DNA of 64,000 nucleotides from Candidatus Marinacidobacterales bacterium (GTDB lineage: Bacteria; Acidobacteriota; Vicinamibacteria; Marinacidobacterales; SMYC01). Position numbers and translations under genes: made by a program. The notes under the pieces are model-generated. The model did no database searches. It was not told where the DNA came from and worked only from the letters and a program-made list of their open reading frames with translations. Positions 19,068-28,787 of this stretch are shown piece after piece (the stretch's first letter is position 1; each line of letters begins with the position of its first letter). The DNA is taken from assembly GCA_965224085.1 (NCBI GenBank), contig CBDCYI010000011.1, positions 896,001 to 960,000 of the forward strand, read 5' to 3'.

Positions 19068-19463
19068 ATGGCGAAAACTCGCGGCGAGCGCATGCGACCG
19101 GATCGCGTCGCCGAGCAGATTCGGATGGATGTAGCGCAAATCCTTCAAACCGATATAAGAGATCCGCGCCTTTCGCTCGTGACTTGCACCCGGGTCGAGC
19201 TTACGCGCGACCTTCGCTACGCGAAGCTTTATGTAAGCGTCCTCGCCGAGCGGAGTGCACAGGAACAGACACTGAAGGCTCTCGAAGGCGCCACCGGATA
19301 TGTGCGGCGGCGCCTCACCGAGCGGCTCGGGCTTCGCGTGTCACCGGAGATCCGGTTCATTTTCGACCCGTCCGTGGAGTACGGGATCCATCTAGACGAG
19401 CTGATCGAGAAGACGAAAGAGCAGTCACCAGAAGAAGAAGATCCGGCCGATAGCGGCAACTGA
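19068..19463 (+). CDS. rbfA: Ribosome-binding factor A
   Basis: RPDRVAEQI..IRDPRL..DLRYAK..LRVSPEIRFIFD.S.EYG. Confidence 0.95.
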   Translation: MAKTRGERMRPDRVAEQIRMDVAQILQTDIRDPRLSLVTCTRVELTRDLRYAKLYVSVLAERSAQEQTLKALEGATGYVRRRLTERLGLRVSPEIRFIFDPSVEYGIHLDELIEKTKEQSPEEEDPADSGN

Positions 19464-20371
19464 TGGCCGAAGGCGTCCTTCTCATCGACAAGCCCACGGG
19501 GCTCACGTCCCATGATGTGGTGGCGCGTGTACGCAAGCGCCTCGCACAGAGGCGCGTCGGCCATACGGGAACGCTCGACCCTTTTGCGAGCGGCTTGATG
19601 GTGCTCTGTGTGGGACGGGCGACCCGGCTGGCGCGTTTTTTCTCTGCTACGACCAAGACCTACATCGCGGCCGTTCATTTCGGCTACAGCACGGACACCT
19701 ACGATCGGACGGGCCAGCCTGTGGGCGAGATACGCGATGTGGCACCGGAGCTCTCCGAGCTAGAGAGTGGTCTCGCGAGCTTCCAGGGTCGCCAAACGCA
19801 AGTTCCTCCCGTTTATTCCGCGAAAAAAATGGGCGGCACGCGGCTTCACCGACTGGCTCGGCAAGGCATCGCGGTGACCCCGCCGCCGGTCGAGGTGGAG
19901 TTCCACGCCATCGAGCTTCTCGAGCTCGACGGCCCCCGCGCGCGCATCGAAGTATCGGTCTCGAGCGGCACGTACATTCGCTCCCTCGCACAGGACCTCG
20001 GCCACCGCTTGGGGACGGGAGCGCACTTGGCCGAGCTTAGGCGTACGCGCGTCGGGTCGTTCCTGGTTTCGGAGGCACTCGACATGACGGGCTTGCTGGA
20101 GGGAGTACCCGAGGACGCTCTGTTGCCGGCGAACGCGGCCCTGCGAGATCTGGCCGAGGTACGGCTTGCGCCCGCCGCAGCGACGCGACTTTCGCACGGG
20201 CGGACGCCGACGTGGGAGGAAGTGACCTCTCTGGGAGACATAAGCGGCCTCGCCGGGCCTGTGCGTGTCGTCGACCCTTCGGGACAGCTCCTCGCGGTCG
20301 CCGCACTGGATGCCGAGCGCAAGCTGGTACGGCCCATGCTCGTCTGGGCCCAAACGCCGGAAAGCCCATGA
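19463..20371 (+). CDS. truB: tRNA pseudouridine(55) synthase
   Basis: DKPTGLTSHDVV, GHTGTLDPFASG, PPVYSA, SSGTYIRSLA, LRRTRVG. Confidence 0.96.
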   Translation: MAEGVLLIDKPTGLTSHDVVARVRKRLAQRRVGHTGTLDPFASGLMVLCVGRATRLARFFSATTKTYIAAVHFGYSTDTYDRTGQPVGEIRDVAPELSELESGLASFQGRQTQVPPVYSAKKMGGTRLHRLARQGIAVTPPPVEVEFHAIELLELDGPRARIEVSVSSGTYIRSLAQDLGHRLGTGAHLAELRRTRVGSFLVSEALDMTGLLEGVPEDALLPANAALRDLAEVRLAPAAATRLSHGRTPTWEEVTSLGDISGLAGPVRVVDPSGQLLAVAALDAERKLVRPMLVWAQTPESP

Positions 20372-20381
20372 GTCGTCGTCC

Positions 20382-20410
20382 TTTACAGCTCTCGGCCCCT
20401 GTGTTAGGAT
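20382..20410 (+). promoter_or_regulatory. Sigma-70 promoter for rpsO-pnp
   Basis: TTTACA-N17-TAGGAT with TGn extended -10. Confidence 0.55.
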
Positions 20411-20464
20411 TCCGCGAGAAGAACAAGAAAGGGAGAATAAAAGTAGAATCACGGAGGACCCTAT

Positions 20465-20734
20465 TTGACGCTCACCAAGGATAAAAAGACTGACCTGATC
20501 GGAGACTACCAGCTTCACGGTGCGGACACGGGCTCGCCGGAGGTACAAATTGCGATTTTGAGCGAACGTATTTCGTACCTCACCGAGCACTTCAAGACCC
20601 ACAGCAAAGACCATCATTCCCGTCGCGGCCTCCTCAAAATGGTCGGCCAGAGACGCCGTTTGTTGGACTACCTCAAAAAGAAAGACATTAGCCGCTATCA
20701 AGGCGTCATCAAGCGGCTTGGAATCCGTAAATAA
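20465..20734 (+). CDS. rpsO: 30S ribosomal protein S15
   Basis: [37 protein letters not shown]; TTG start with GGAGG RBS. Confidence 0.98.
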   Translation: MTLTKDKKTDLIGDYQLHGADTGSPEVQIAILSERISYLTEHFKTHSKDHHSRRGLLKMVGQRRRLLDYLKKKDISRYQGVIKRLGIRK

Positions 20735-20987
20735 ACATGGATTCATCACCTGGCGTTTCTGCCACGTGGTGTCGTCTGCTTTCGGGTTTGCCCGCGCACG
20801 CTTCGTGCTGGTAATTCGTCGATCCGATAGGTGCTCGGTCCTCCGGTCTCGATCAACTGAACGAGACCTTCCTTGGTTAGAGGCATCGTTTTCAAGGTGA
20901 TGTCCCCACGCGCGTTCGATAACGGTGCGATCACCGCTCGTCGCTATCTCGCGGGCTCCCTCCCTGTGATTACCAGAGGATAACAAC

Positions 20988-23177
20988 ATGATTCATCGTA
21001 AAGAGGTTGAGATTGGTGGCCGCACGCTGTCCATCGAAATGGGCAAGCTTGCCAAACAGGCCAATGGGGCTGCCGTCGTTCGGCTCGGCGACACCGTGGT
21101 GCTGGTCACCGCCTGTGCGGCCAAAAAGCCTCGCGAAGGCATCGACTTTCTACCCCTGACTGTGGATTATCGCGAGAGCTTCTATGCTGCGGGAAAGATT
21201 CCCGGCGGTTTCTTCAAACGCGAAGGGCGGCCGAACGAGAAAGAGATTCTGACATGCCGTCTAATCGATCGGCCGCTGCGTCCATTGTTCCCCGATGGTT
21301 GGCGCAGCGAGACGCAGGTGATCAGTCTCGTGCTCTCCACCGACAAAGAGAATGACTCCGACGTCTTAGCGTTGACGGGTGCTTCGGCGGCGCTCTATTG
21401 CTCGGACATCCCGTTTCACACGCCCATCGCTGGCGTCCGCGTCGGGCGCATCGACGGTCAGTTCGTCATCAACCCGACCTTCGAGCAGGTCAGGAGCAGC
21501 GACCTTGATCTGACCGTGGCCGGCTCTAAAGACGCTATCGTTATGGTCGAGGCGTCGGCGAATGATGTATCCGAGGCGCACATGGTCGATGCCCTCGGGG
21601 TTGCGCACGAGGCCATCCAGAAGCTCGTTGCGCTGCAAGAAGAGTTCTTCGAGGCGGTAGCACCGGTCAAAACAACAGTCGCAACCATAGAGCGCGACGA
21701 AGCGCTCGAGAAGGAAATCGAGGAAAGAGTCTTTTCGAAGCTTCAAGACGCGATGCGCACGAGCGGGAAGCATGCCGCGGACCGCGCTGTCGACGACGTG
21801 AAGGCCGCTCTGATGGAAGAGATCGCCGAGCGTGAGCCGGAAGTCCTCGCGGAGATCGCTGGCATCTTCAAACGGCTACAGGAAAAGGCACTCCGTCAGG
21901 AGGTGCTCGAGCGTCGGCAACGTCTCGACGGTCGCGCTTTTGATGCGGTTCGCGAGATCACGTGCGAAGTGGGCGCATTGCCGAGAACGCATGGCTCGTC
22001 GGTCTTCACGAGAGGCGAGACCCAAGCCCTCGTGACGGTAACGCTCGGAACGTCCGACGACTCCCAGAGAATGGATTTTCTCGAAGGCGATTTCGAAAAG
22101 CGATTCATGCTTCACTACAACTTTCCGCCATTCTCGGTTGGGGAAGCCCGTTTCTTGCGAGGTCCGGGACGGCGCGAGATCGGACATGGCGCGCTCGCGG
22201 AGCGTGCTCTCGTTCCTGTGATCCCGCCTTCCTCCGAGTTTCCTTACACAATCCGTATCGTGTCGGATATTCTCGAATCCAATGGGTCGTCCTCGATGGC
22301 CTCGGTGACCGGAGGTTGTCTCGCTCTAATGGATGCGGGTGTCCCGCTCAAAGCGCCCATTGCGGGTATCGCCATGGGACTCGTGAAGGAAGGCGACAAC
22401 TACGCCATCCTGACCGATATCGCCGGCGCCGAAGACCACTATGGAGATATGGACTTCAAAGTGGCGGGGACGGCGAACGGTATTACCGCTCTTCAGATGG
22501 ACATCAAGATCACGGGACTCACCCATGAGCTAATGGCGGAGGCGCTCGAGCAGGCGCGTCAAGCGCGAATGTTCATCCTCGAGAAGATGGCGAGCGCTCT
22601 TCCCGCGCCCCGTGAGGAGATTTCGACTTTCGCCCCCCGCATCTTCACGATTCAGATCTCGACCGACAAAATCCGCGATGTCATCGGTCCTGGAGGCAAG
22701 ATGATCCGTAGCATCATCGAGCGGACCGGGGTGAAGATCGATGTCGAGGACAATGGCACCGTGTCGATCGCATCTTCCGATAGCGAGTCGGCGAAAAAGG
22801 CTATTCAAATCATCGAAGAGCTCACGGCGGTGCCCGAGGTCGGAAAAACCTATCTTGGAAAAGTTCAGCGTCTCGTTGATTTCGGCGCTTTCGTCGAGAT
22901 CATCCCCGGCACCGACGGGCTCGTTCACATCTCGGAAGTCGCCGATTACCGGGTGAAAGAGGTGCAGGACGAGTTTTCCGAAGGCGACCAGATTCTCGTG
23001 AAAGTCATCAACATCGACCCTCAAGGAAAGGTCAAGTTGTCGCGCAAAGCTGTCATTCGTGAGCAGGCCGGGCTTCCGCCCGAGCCTCCGCAGGAGCCTC
23101 GGCCACGGCGGGACCGCGACGATGGCGGCCGCTCGAGACGGCGCCGCCCTTCCGGTGGCGGTGGCGGGCGTCGATGA
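20988..23177 (+). CDS. pnp: Polyribonucleotide nucleotidyltransferase
   Basis: PLTVDY, IPGGFFKREGRP, RREIGHG, ESNGSSSMAS, GDMDFKVAGT, KH and S1 domains. Confidence 0.98.
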   Translation: MIHRKEVEIGGRTLSIEMGKLAKQANGAAVVRLGDTVVLVTACAAKKPREGIDFLPLTVDYRESFYAAGKIPGGFFKREGRPNEKEILTCRLIDRPLRPLFPDGWRSETQVISLVLSTDKENDSDVLALTGASAALYCSDIPFHTPIAGVRVGRIDGQFVINPTFEQVRSSDLDLTVAGSKDAIVMVEASANDVSEAHMVDALGVAHEAIQKLVALQEEFFEAVAPVKTTVATIERDEALEKEIEERVFSKLQDAMRTSGKHAADRAVDDVKAALMEEIAEREPEVLAEIAGIFKRLQEKALRQEVLERRQRLDGRAFDAVREITCEVGALPRTHGSSVFTRGETQALVTVTLGTSDDSQRMDFLEGDFEKRFMLHYNFPPFSVGEARFLRGPGRREIGHGALAERALVPVIPPSSEFPYTIRIVSDILESNGSSSMASVTGGCLALMDAGVPLKAPIAGIAMGLVKEGDNYAILTDIAGAEDHYGDMDFKVAGTANGITALQMDIKITGLTHELMAEALEQARQARMFILEKMASALPAPREEISTFAPRIFTIQISTDKIRDVIGPGGKMIRSIIERTGVKIDVEDNGTVSIASSDSESAKKAIQIIEELTAVPEVGKTYLGKVQRLVDFGAFVEIIPGTDGLVHISEVADYRVKEVQDEFSEGDQILVKVINIDPQGKVKLSRKAVIREQAGLPPEPPQEPRPRRDRDDGGRSRRRRPSGGGGGRR

Positions 23178-23265
23178 TGTAAGAAGCCGCAGTAGGGAAG
23201 GAGAGCCTTGGGACAGAGCTTCTGAAAAGTCGACGCGGCGCTAGCCGCTCGGCCCTTCGAAAACC

Positions 23266-23313
23266 ATCGATCGCCCGCCCTCGCTTTAGCTTTAGCGCGA
23301 CGGCGGGCATCGA
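23266..23313. terminator. Hairpin between convergent pnp and groES
   Basis: tcgat-cgcccgcc...cggcgggc-atcga inverted repeat; no long U tract. Confidence 0.4.
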
Positions 23314-23315
23314 CG

Positions 23316-23609
23316 TTATTTTCCAATGATCGCGAGGACGTCATCCTCGCGCAAGATCAAATATTCGTCGCCTTCGATCTTGACTTCGGTTCCCGCATAT
23401 TTTCCGAAGAGCACCTTATCGCCCTTTTTGATCTCGAGCGCGACCTTCGTTCCGTCGTCGAGAATCTTTCCGTTACCGACGGCCGTGACCTTACCGCGCT
23501 GCGGCTTTTCTTTCGCGCTGTCGGGGATGATGATACCGCCCTCGGACTTTTCCTGTTTGTCCTCGAGACGTTGCACGAGAATTCTGTCGTGCAGTGGACG
23601 AACTTTCAT
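23316..23609 (-). CDS. groES: Co-chaperonin GroES (no adjacent groEL)
   Basis: [40 protein letters not shown]; GGAG RBS. Confidence 0.97.
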   Translation of the reverse strand: MKVRPLHDRILVQRLEDKQEKSEGGIIIPDSAKEKPQRGKVTAVGNGKILDDGTKVALEIKKGDKVLFGKYAGTEVKIEGDEYLILREDDVLAIIGK

Positions 23610-23662
23610 GACGCAAAGCTCCTTTCCCAAAAAAGTAAAAGTTGGTGCTTGCAGAACTTAGT

Positions 23663-23692
23663 AATATAGCCAACGCGGCGCGAGCTTGTCAA
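23663..23692 (-). promoter_or_regulatory. Probable sigma-70 promoter of groES
   Basis: Minus strand TTGACA-N18-TATATT. Confidence 0.45.
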
Positions 23693-23705
23693 GAAATGGA
23701 AAACG

Positions 23706-23918
23706 CTATTTTCGGCGAGGTCCGAGTTTCAGTGCCTGAAGTTTCTTGCTCAGAGTATTGCGGTGAATGTGGAGCGCTCGGGCGGCGCGTGAAAGATTGC
23801 CGTTCTCCTGTTCCATCACGCGTGAGAGAAAGCGCTTTTCGAACTCACGTTTGGCTTCCGGAAAACGGATACCACCTTTTATCATCTCTTCGATGAGATC
23901 TTCGAGCCGTTGTTTCAT
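23706..23918 (-). CDS. Small Fis-type HTH (HTH_8) DNA-binding protein
   Basis: EFEKRFL..GNLSRAARALHIHRNTLSKKL. Confidence 0.85.
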   Translation of the reverse strand: MKQRLEDLIEEMIKGGIRFPEAKREFEKRFLSRVMEQENGNLSRAARALHIHRNTLSKKLQALKLGPRRK

Positions 23919-23966
23919 CGATGCTTGGCCAACGTATTTGCGCGCGCCCATAGTCTTGGCCCGAAT

Positions 23967-24866
23967 CTACAAGTCGCTCCGACCGGTGAGTGAGCGATAG
24001 GCGCGAAGGTAGCGCTCCCGCGTGCCGTCAACGACCTCTGCGGGAAGCGCTGGCCCAGGGGGTTTCTTGTTCCAATCCAGGGTTTCCAAATATTCGCGGA
24101 CGAATTGTTTGTCGAAGCTCGGCTGCTCGCTGCCAGGGGCGTATTCTTCTCGCGGCCAGAAGCGCGACGAGTCCGGCGTCAGAACTTCGTCGATGAGATA
24201 AATATCTCCATTTTGGGGCTCGCGCCCAAACTCGAACTTGGTGTCGGCGATGATAATGTCTTTTTGCTCCGCCTCGCGCTGGCCGAGCTTGTAGAGGTCG
24301 AGAGAAATTTTCTTGAGCCTCTCCGTGAGCTCGCGACCGAGCGCATCCGCCATGACGTCTTCACTGACGTTGATATCGTGCCCCGTGGCGGGTTTCGTCG
24401 ACGGAGTGAATAGAGGCTCGTCGAAGCGGTCGGCCTGCTGCATGCCCGAGGGCAGCTCGATGCCGCAGACGCTCCCGGTCTTCCGGTATTCCTTCCACCC
24501 CGAGCCGTAGAGATAGCCGCGGACGACGCACTCGAATGGAATCGGCTCGAGCTTTTTCACCAACATCGATCGCCGCGCGAGCTGGTCTCGAAAGCGCTGC
24601 AGCTCGGCGGGGTAAGCGTCCGGATCGCCCGTCACCACGTGGTTCAGGACGAGATCCTGGCTCTTCTCGAACCAAAAGAGCGAGAGCTGGTTGAGGATGC
24701 TGCCTTTGCCCGGAATGCCATTAGGCAGCACGACGTCGAATGCCGAGACCCGATCTGTCGTGACGAGGAGCAAATGTTCGCCGATCTCGTAAATGTCGCG
24801 AACCTTTCCACGAGATCGCAGCGTCGTGTTGTCCAGTGAAGACTCGATGAGTACGTTTCCCGTCAC
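23967..24866 (-). CDS. purC: SAICAR synthase
   Basis: GKVRDIY, DRVSAFD, ECVVRGYL.GSGW, IADTKFEFG, DEVLTPDSSRFW, DKQFVR. Confidence 0.96.
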   Translation of the reverse strand: MTGNVLIESSLDNTTLRSRGKVRDIYEIGEHLLLVTTDRVSAFDVVLPNGIPGKGSILNQLSLFWFEKSQDLVLNHVVTGDPDAYPAELQRFRDQLARRSMLVKKLEPIPFECVVRGYLYGSGWKEYRKTGSVCGIELPSGMQQADRFDEPLFTPSTKPATGHDINVSEDVMADALGRELTERLKKISLDLYKLGQREAEQKDIIIADTKFEFGREPQNGDIYLIDEVLTPDSSRFWPREEYAPGSEQPSFDKQFVREYLETLDWNKKPPGPALPAEVVDGTRERYLRAYRSLTGRSDL

Positions 24867-24974
24867 GATGAAACCGACCCCTTCTACCCCTTCTACGATG
24901 AGATATGCGTTCGTTGACGCCCGGCGCGTCAATGCGAAGCCTCGACCCTAGATGTGTTTCCGAGAAAGGGGCAT

Positions 24975-25004
24975 ATTGTAGGAAAGGGAGGGGGGGGCAG
25001 TCAA
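24975..25004 (-). promoter_or_regulatory. Probable purC promoter with a homopolymer tract in the spacer
   Basis: Minus strand TTGACT-N18-TACAAT; the spacer includes a G8 run (24990-24997 on +). Confidence 0.5.
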
Positions 25005-25014
25005 GCTTTTACAG

Positions 25015-25081
25015 CATTCAGGATGCTCTCAGGACGGTCACCGTGCGCTCGGCCGGTGCAGCCTTGAGAGTTCCTGAATGC
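25015..25081. terminator. Long inverted repeat just after the DUF4097 operon
   Basis: gcattcaggatgctctcagg ... ccttgagagttcctgaatgc, near-perfect arms of about 19 bp. Confidence 0.5.
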
Positions 25082-25085
25082 AGGA

Positions 25086-25958
25086 TTACGATTCCTCGAG
25101 AGTGATTCGCCCGTCCATCGTTGTTACTAGTATTAGTGGACCGCCCTTGCCTAGCGTTCCCTTTAGGCGGTCGTTGCGCTCGCTTCCTTCGAAGGTCGAT
25201 AGTTCGTTGACGATGCGGCCGCTGACGGCGGTTGCTTCGATGTGCGCGGAGATGGATGCGGGCAGCGTGAGCTCGATCGACCCATCGGATGTGCGGATAT
25301 TCCAGTCGCTCGTCAACTCGCGCCTGCCGCGGCTGGTGATGCGAATGCTACCGTCGGCGGTGACGGCGCGGAGCGCATCGAAGTTTCCTTCGAGCTGGAT
25401 GCGGCCATCACTCGAGGCAGCATCGACGGCGCCGGTGAGCTCGGTGCCGATGACGGATCCATCGGTCGTTCTCAATCTGAGGGTCCCTGTGACGGTCTCG
25501 AGACGTATCCGTCCGTCGGCGGTCTCGGCCCTGATGTCTCCGGAGACGCGCTCGAGCTGGATGCGGCCATCGCGGGTCTGGAGGTCCAAGGCGGTGCCCT
25601 CCGGGACGCGCAGCGCGACATCGGTCTCGCTATTGCCGCCAAACGCGATACTGGCGCCGGGCGCGCGCACGCGCAGCGTGTCGCGGTTCGCGATCGCCTC
25701 GACCCGGACGGCGTCGAGGAGCGACCGCGCGCCATCTCGATCGGCGGCGCGAGCCCGCTTGTGAAAGACGACTTCAACGACACCGATCGCATCCGAAGGC
25801 TCGACGGCGATCCGGCCATCATCAATCCGCACTTCGATCCGGGTGATGGCGCCAGAGTCGAAACGAAAGTCCTCCGTGGCAGATTCTTCGACCCGATGGT
25901 GATCGCACCCTAGAGCCGAAACGGCGGCGAGCGCGAGCGTCAGAATATTTGGTTTCAT
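25086..25958 (-). CDS. DUF4097 beta-strand repeat lipoprotein
   Basis: Lipobox-like SALGC; repeated T.DG.I motifs. Confidence 0.82.
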   Translation of the reverse strand: MKPNILTLALAAVSALGCDHHRVEESATEDFRFDSGAITRIEVRIDDGRIAVEPSDAIGVVEVVFHKRARAADRDGARSLLDAVRVEAIANRDTLRVRAPGASIAFGGNSETDVALRVPEGTALDLQTRDGRIQLERVSGDIRAETADGRIRLETVTGTLRLRTTDGSVIGTELTGAVDAASSDGRIQLEGNFDALRAVTADGSIRITSRGRRELTSDWNIRTSDGSIELTLPASISAHIEATAVSGRIVNELSTFEGSERNDRLKGTLGKGGPLILVTTMDGRITLEES

Positions 25959-25973
25959 GTGTTTCAATCTTAG

Positions 25974-26606
25974 TCCGCTAATAAACCCGCCGCCTCTGGC
26001 GGCGTGACCCGAAGAGCTTCGAGCGATCCGGCGTGTGCTAGGTTCCCCCTCCGGGAAGACCCTGTGGGGCCTCCGAAAGGAGAACCTGCATGCACGAATG
26101 GAAAAGCCTGTCGCATGTGTGATGGGAATGCAAGTACCACGTGGTGATCATCCCCAAGTATCGTAGAAGGGTGTTATATGTGGACCTTCGGCGTCGCGTG
26201 GGGCGAATTCTTCGAGAGCTTTGTGAGCAGAGAGGAGTAGAACTGATAGAAGGCAACGCGCAACCGGACCACATCCACCTGTGTATGAGCATCCCTCCCA
26301 AGTACAGCGTATCTCACACGATCGGTTTTCTGAAAGGGAAGAGTGCGGTACGCATCCACCGAGAATTGCTGAAAGAACGTCGTATGACGGGCTTGCATTT
26401 TTGGGCGAAGGGGTACTGTGTGAGTACGGTTGGCCTTGACGAGGAGCGAATAAGAAAGTACATCCGGGAGCAAGAAAAGCTTGAGTCTCGCCAAGGTGAT
26501 CTCGACCTGAGTTAACGAGAGACGGCCCCAACGGGGCCTTCCCAACGTCATCGGCCCCCTCGGGGGGGCCTTCCTAAACCCACGCCCTATGGGCGTGGTC
26601 GGTTAG
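25974..26606 (+). mobile_element. IS200/IS605-family element (tnpA only, inactivated)
   Basis: Subterminal hairpins cgccgcc-tct-ggcggcg (25988-26004) and ccacgccc-tat-gggcgtgg (26580-26598), each preceded by TAAACC; TTAG at both edges. Confidence 0.85.
26090..26515 (+). pseudogene. tnpA: IS200-type Y1 transposase with premature stop
   Basis: MHEWKSLSHV*WECKYHVVIIPKYRR; TGA at 26120-26122; HUH motif DHIH, KGKSA, FWAKGY, YIREQ intact downstream. Confidence 0.88.
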
Positions 26607-26611
26607 TGGTC

Positions 26612-28237
26612 TCATCGGGGCGCCTTTCTCAACTCGATGTTGCCGTAGCTTGTCGAGATCGTCAGTGGATAGCCTCCGTTGCCAAGCGTCGCCGTCCACT
26701 GCCGCTCGCGGTCATGGACCGAGGATTCGTCGAGCACCTCGAGCTCTGAGCGCAACTCGCCGTCTCGGGTTCTCGCGGTGAGCGCGACGGATGCGTCGCT
26801 TGGCAGCCAAAGCTCGACATCTCCATAGGTGGTCTCTAGGTGGACCGCGCCCGCGAGACGCTGCGTCGACACTTGGAGCTCTGCGTGGGTCGAGCGGATT
26901 TCGAGGCCCGAGGCGAAATCCGTCACCCGGACGTCCTTGTCCGAGCTCTCGATTACGATGGATCCGGCAATGGACTCCAAGTCCACTTCGCATTGCGGGC
27001 CGTCGATGCGCACGCGCCCCGCGATTTCCGTGAGGCGGATAGGACGGTACTGATTTTCGACCACGACATCGCCGCGGATAGCGCGTGCAATGACGCTCGA
27101 GTTGCGCGTCTCGAGTGTGAGCTCGCGCTCGACGTCGCTTACAAAGACCGGTCGGTTGCGTGTGGTGATGGCGACCCCTTGATGGGCGCGCTCCACCGAA
27201 ACCTCCGCGTCGTGCGCCTGCACCTCGACCCGTCCTTTGACGTCGGTGGCCTGTACGTTCGCGTGCCGGGTTCTGAGCGTGGCCGATCCGGTCACGCCTT
27301 CGGCGCTCACCGAGCCATTGCGTGTCAGAACGAGGAGGTCGCCATCGATGCTCGTCGCGACGACCGCGCCATTCCGGTTCCTCGCTTCGGTACGGCCCGT
27401 GATGCGCTCGAGACGGATAGGCGCGTGACTTGTTGTCACCGTGACCCCTCCCGTTAAGTTCTCGGCCTCCACCAGGCCGTGACTCGTAGAGGCTTCGGCC
27501 GCGCCGTCCAGATTGTTCAATCGAATCGGCCCTCTCTCGTTGAGGACGTTGACCATCACGCTCTTCGGCGCACGGATCTCGAGATCGGTGAAGACCGGGC
27601 GGCTACCTTCGGGACGCGAGGTACGCAGCCGGGCGCGTCCCTCGTCGACGGCGAAGAGCAGTTCGAGCTCTTCCGCAAGGGCTTGGGCCTCGATCTCGGA
27701 GAAATCGTGAACCCTCCGGGTGATGAGCACCTCGAGCCCTTCCTCGTCCCAGCCCGAAACGGTCACCTCTCCACGATCGTTGTCGATCACCAGGACCTCC
27801 GCCCCGTCCATCATGTTCAGCGTGTAGGTTTGGCGTTCGGTGAAGTGGTGCTCCGGGCCGTAAAGCTCCGGCCCCACGACGATGGCCATTTCGTCCAACG
27901 TCACGTTGAAGGACGAATCTCCGAGAATCCTCTCGCCAGAACGCACGGCCAAGCCGAGGACGAGGATCCAGGCGAGTATCACGACTTCGGCCGCGCCCAC
28001 GTAAGACCTCTCCGGGTGACGTACGCGGACGTATATTTTGTAGATACCCCAGGCGATAAGTAAGGCCGGCCAATAAGTACCGAACCAGGAAAGTGCTTCG
28101 GAGGCAAGCCTCACGAAGGAGAAGCCGAGAAATCCGGAAAGGTTGTAGGCGAGCGCCGTCGTGCCCACCATGATGAGAAGGACTCCCATCATGACGGCGC
28201 AGCCACTTCTTGGCGTCCGCCGCACGGTGTCAGTCAC
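26612..28237 (-). CDS. Membrane protein with LiaF-like N-terminal TMs and a DUF4097 beta-solenoid
   Basis: TM helices with YWPALLIAWG, then many T.NG/HA.V repeats; start may extend to 28264. Confidence 0.82.
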   Translation of the reverse strand: MTDTVRRTPRSGCAVMMGVLLIMVGTTALAYNLSGFLGFSFVRLASEALSWFGTYWPALLIAWGIYKIYVRVRHPERSYVGAAEVVILAWILVLGLAVRSGERILGDSSFNVTLDEMAIVVGPELYGPEHHFTERQTYTLNMMDGAEVLVIDNDRGEVTVSGWDEEGLEVLITRRVHDFSEIEAQALAEELELLFAVDEGRARLRTSRPEGSRPVFTDLEIRAPKSVMVNVLNERGPIRLNNLDGAAEASTSHGLVEAENLTGGVTVTTSHAPIRLERITGRTEARNRNGAVVATSIDGDLLVLTRNGSVSAEGVTGSATLRTRHANVQATDVKGRVEVQAHDAEVSVERAHQGVAITTRNRPVFVSDVERELTLETRNSSVIARAIRGDVVVENQYRPIRLTEIAGRVRIDGPQCEVDLESIAGSIVIESSDKDVRVTDFASGLEIRSTHAELQVSTQRLAGAVHLETTYGDVELWLPSDASVALTARTRDGELRSELEVLDESSVHDRERQWTATLGNGGYPLTISTSYGNIELRKAPR

Positions 28238-28787
28238 GCTCGGTTTCCGATTCGGCGTTCTCACCGGGCTGTGCGGGCTCCGCGCGCTCGGTCGGCTTGT
28301 CCCATTCCTTCACTTCGTCGTCGGGCGTCCCGGGAATGGGCGGTGGCGCTTCGCTTGTAATGTCGCTTTGTGAAACCGCGGGCTGCTTCAAGATGTACAC
28401 ACCGAGCCCGATGAGTCCAAGTGGCCAGAAGTTCCAAAGCCAGTCGATTTCGAGCCAGCCGAAATTGTCGACGAAGAAAACCGCGCCGAGACCGATTAGG
28501 GCCCAGCCCCACCAACGCGTGAACGAGAAAGCCGCGGGCTTCGGAAGCGATCGTCCCGTTTCTACGAGGAGGTTGTGCTCGTGCGCGGAGCGGTAGGCGT
28601 CGATCATCGCGTAGAGCCAGAGAAAGGCGACTATGATGCCGAAGCTATCGGCGCCGCGATCGACGAGTTGGATGGCACACGCGACGAGAAGAATAAGTAG
28701 GAACCCTTTACTTGCTTGACCAATATAAACGTGCCCGACTCCAGGAAGCAGTGAAAGCCATAGAGCCGCGGCGGGAGAGCGTTTCAT
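28230..28787 (-). CDS. Membrane protein, DUF5668/LiaI-LiaF-like
   Basis: LSLLPGVGHVYIGQ..KG, IDAY, WPLGLIGLG. Confidence 0.78.
   Translation of the reverse strand: MKRSPAAALWLSLLPGVGHVYIGQASKGFLLILLVACAIQLVDRGADSFGIIVAFLWLYAMIDAYRSAHEHNLLVETGRSLPKPAAFSFTRWWGWALIGLGAVFFVDNFGWLEIDWLWNFWPLGLIGLGVYILKQPAVSQSDITSEAPPPIPGTPDDEVKEWDKPTERAEPAQPGENAESETERD

Noticed and set aside
23610-23700. CIRCE element for groES
   Set aside because: No TTAGCACTC-N9-GAGTGCTAA inverted repeat.
26120-26122. TGA in tnpA as selenocysteine or programmed readthrough
   Set aside because: The position most likely corresponds to Arg rather than Cys in IS200 transposases, so a CGA to TGA transition is the simpler explanation.
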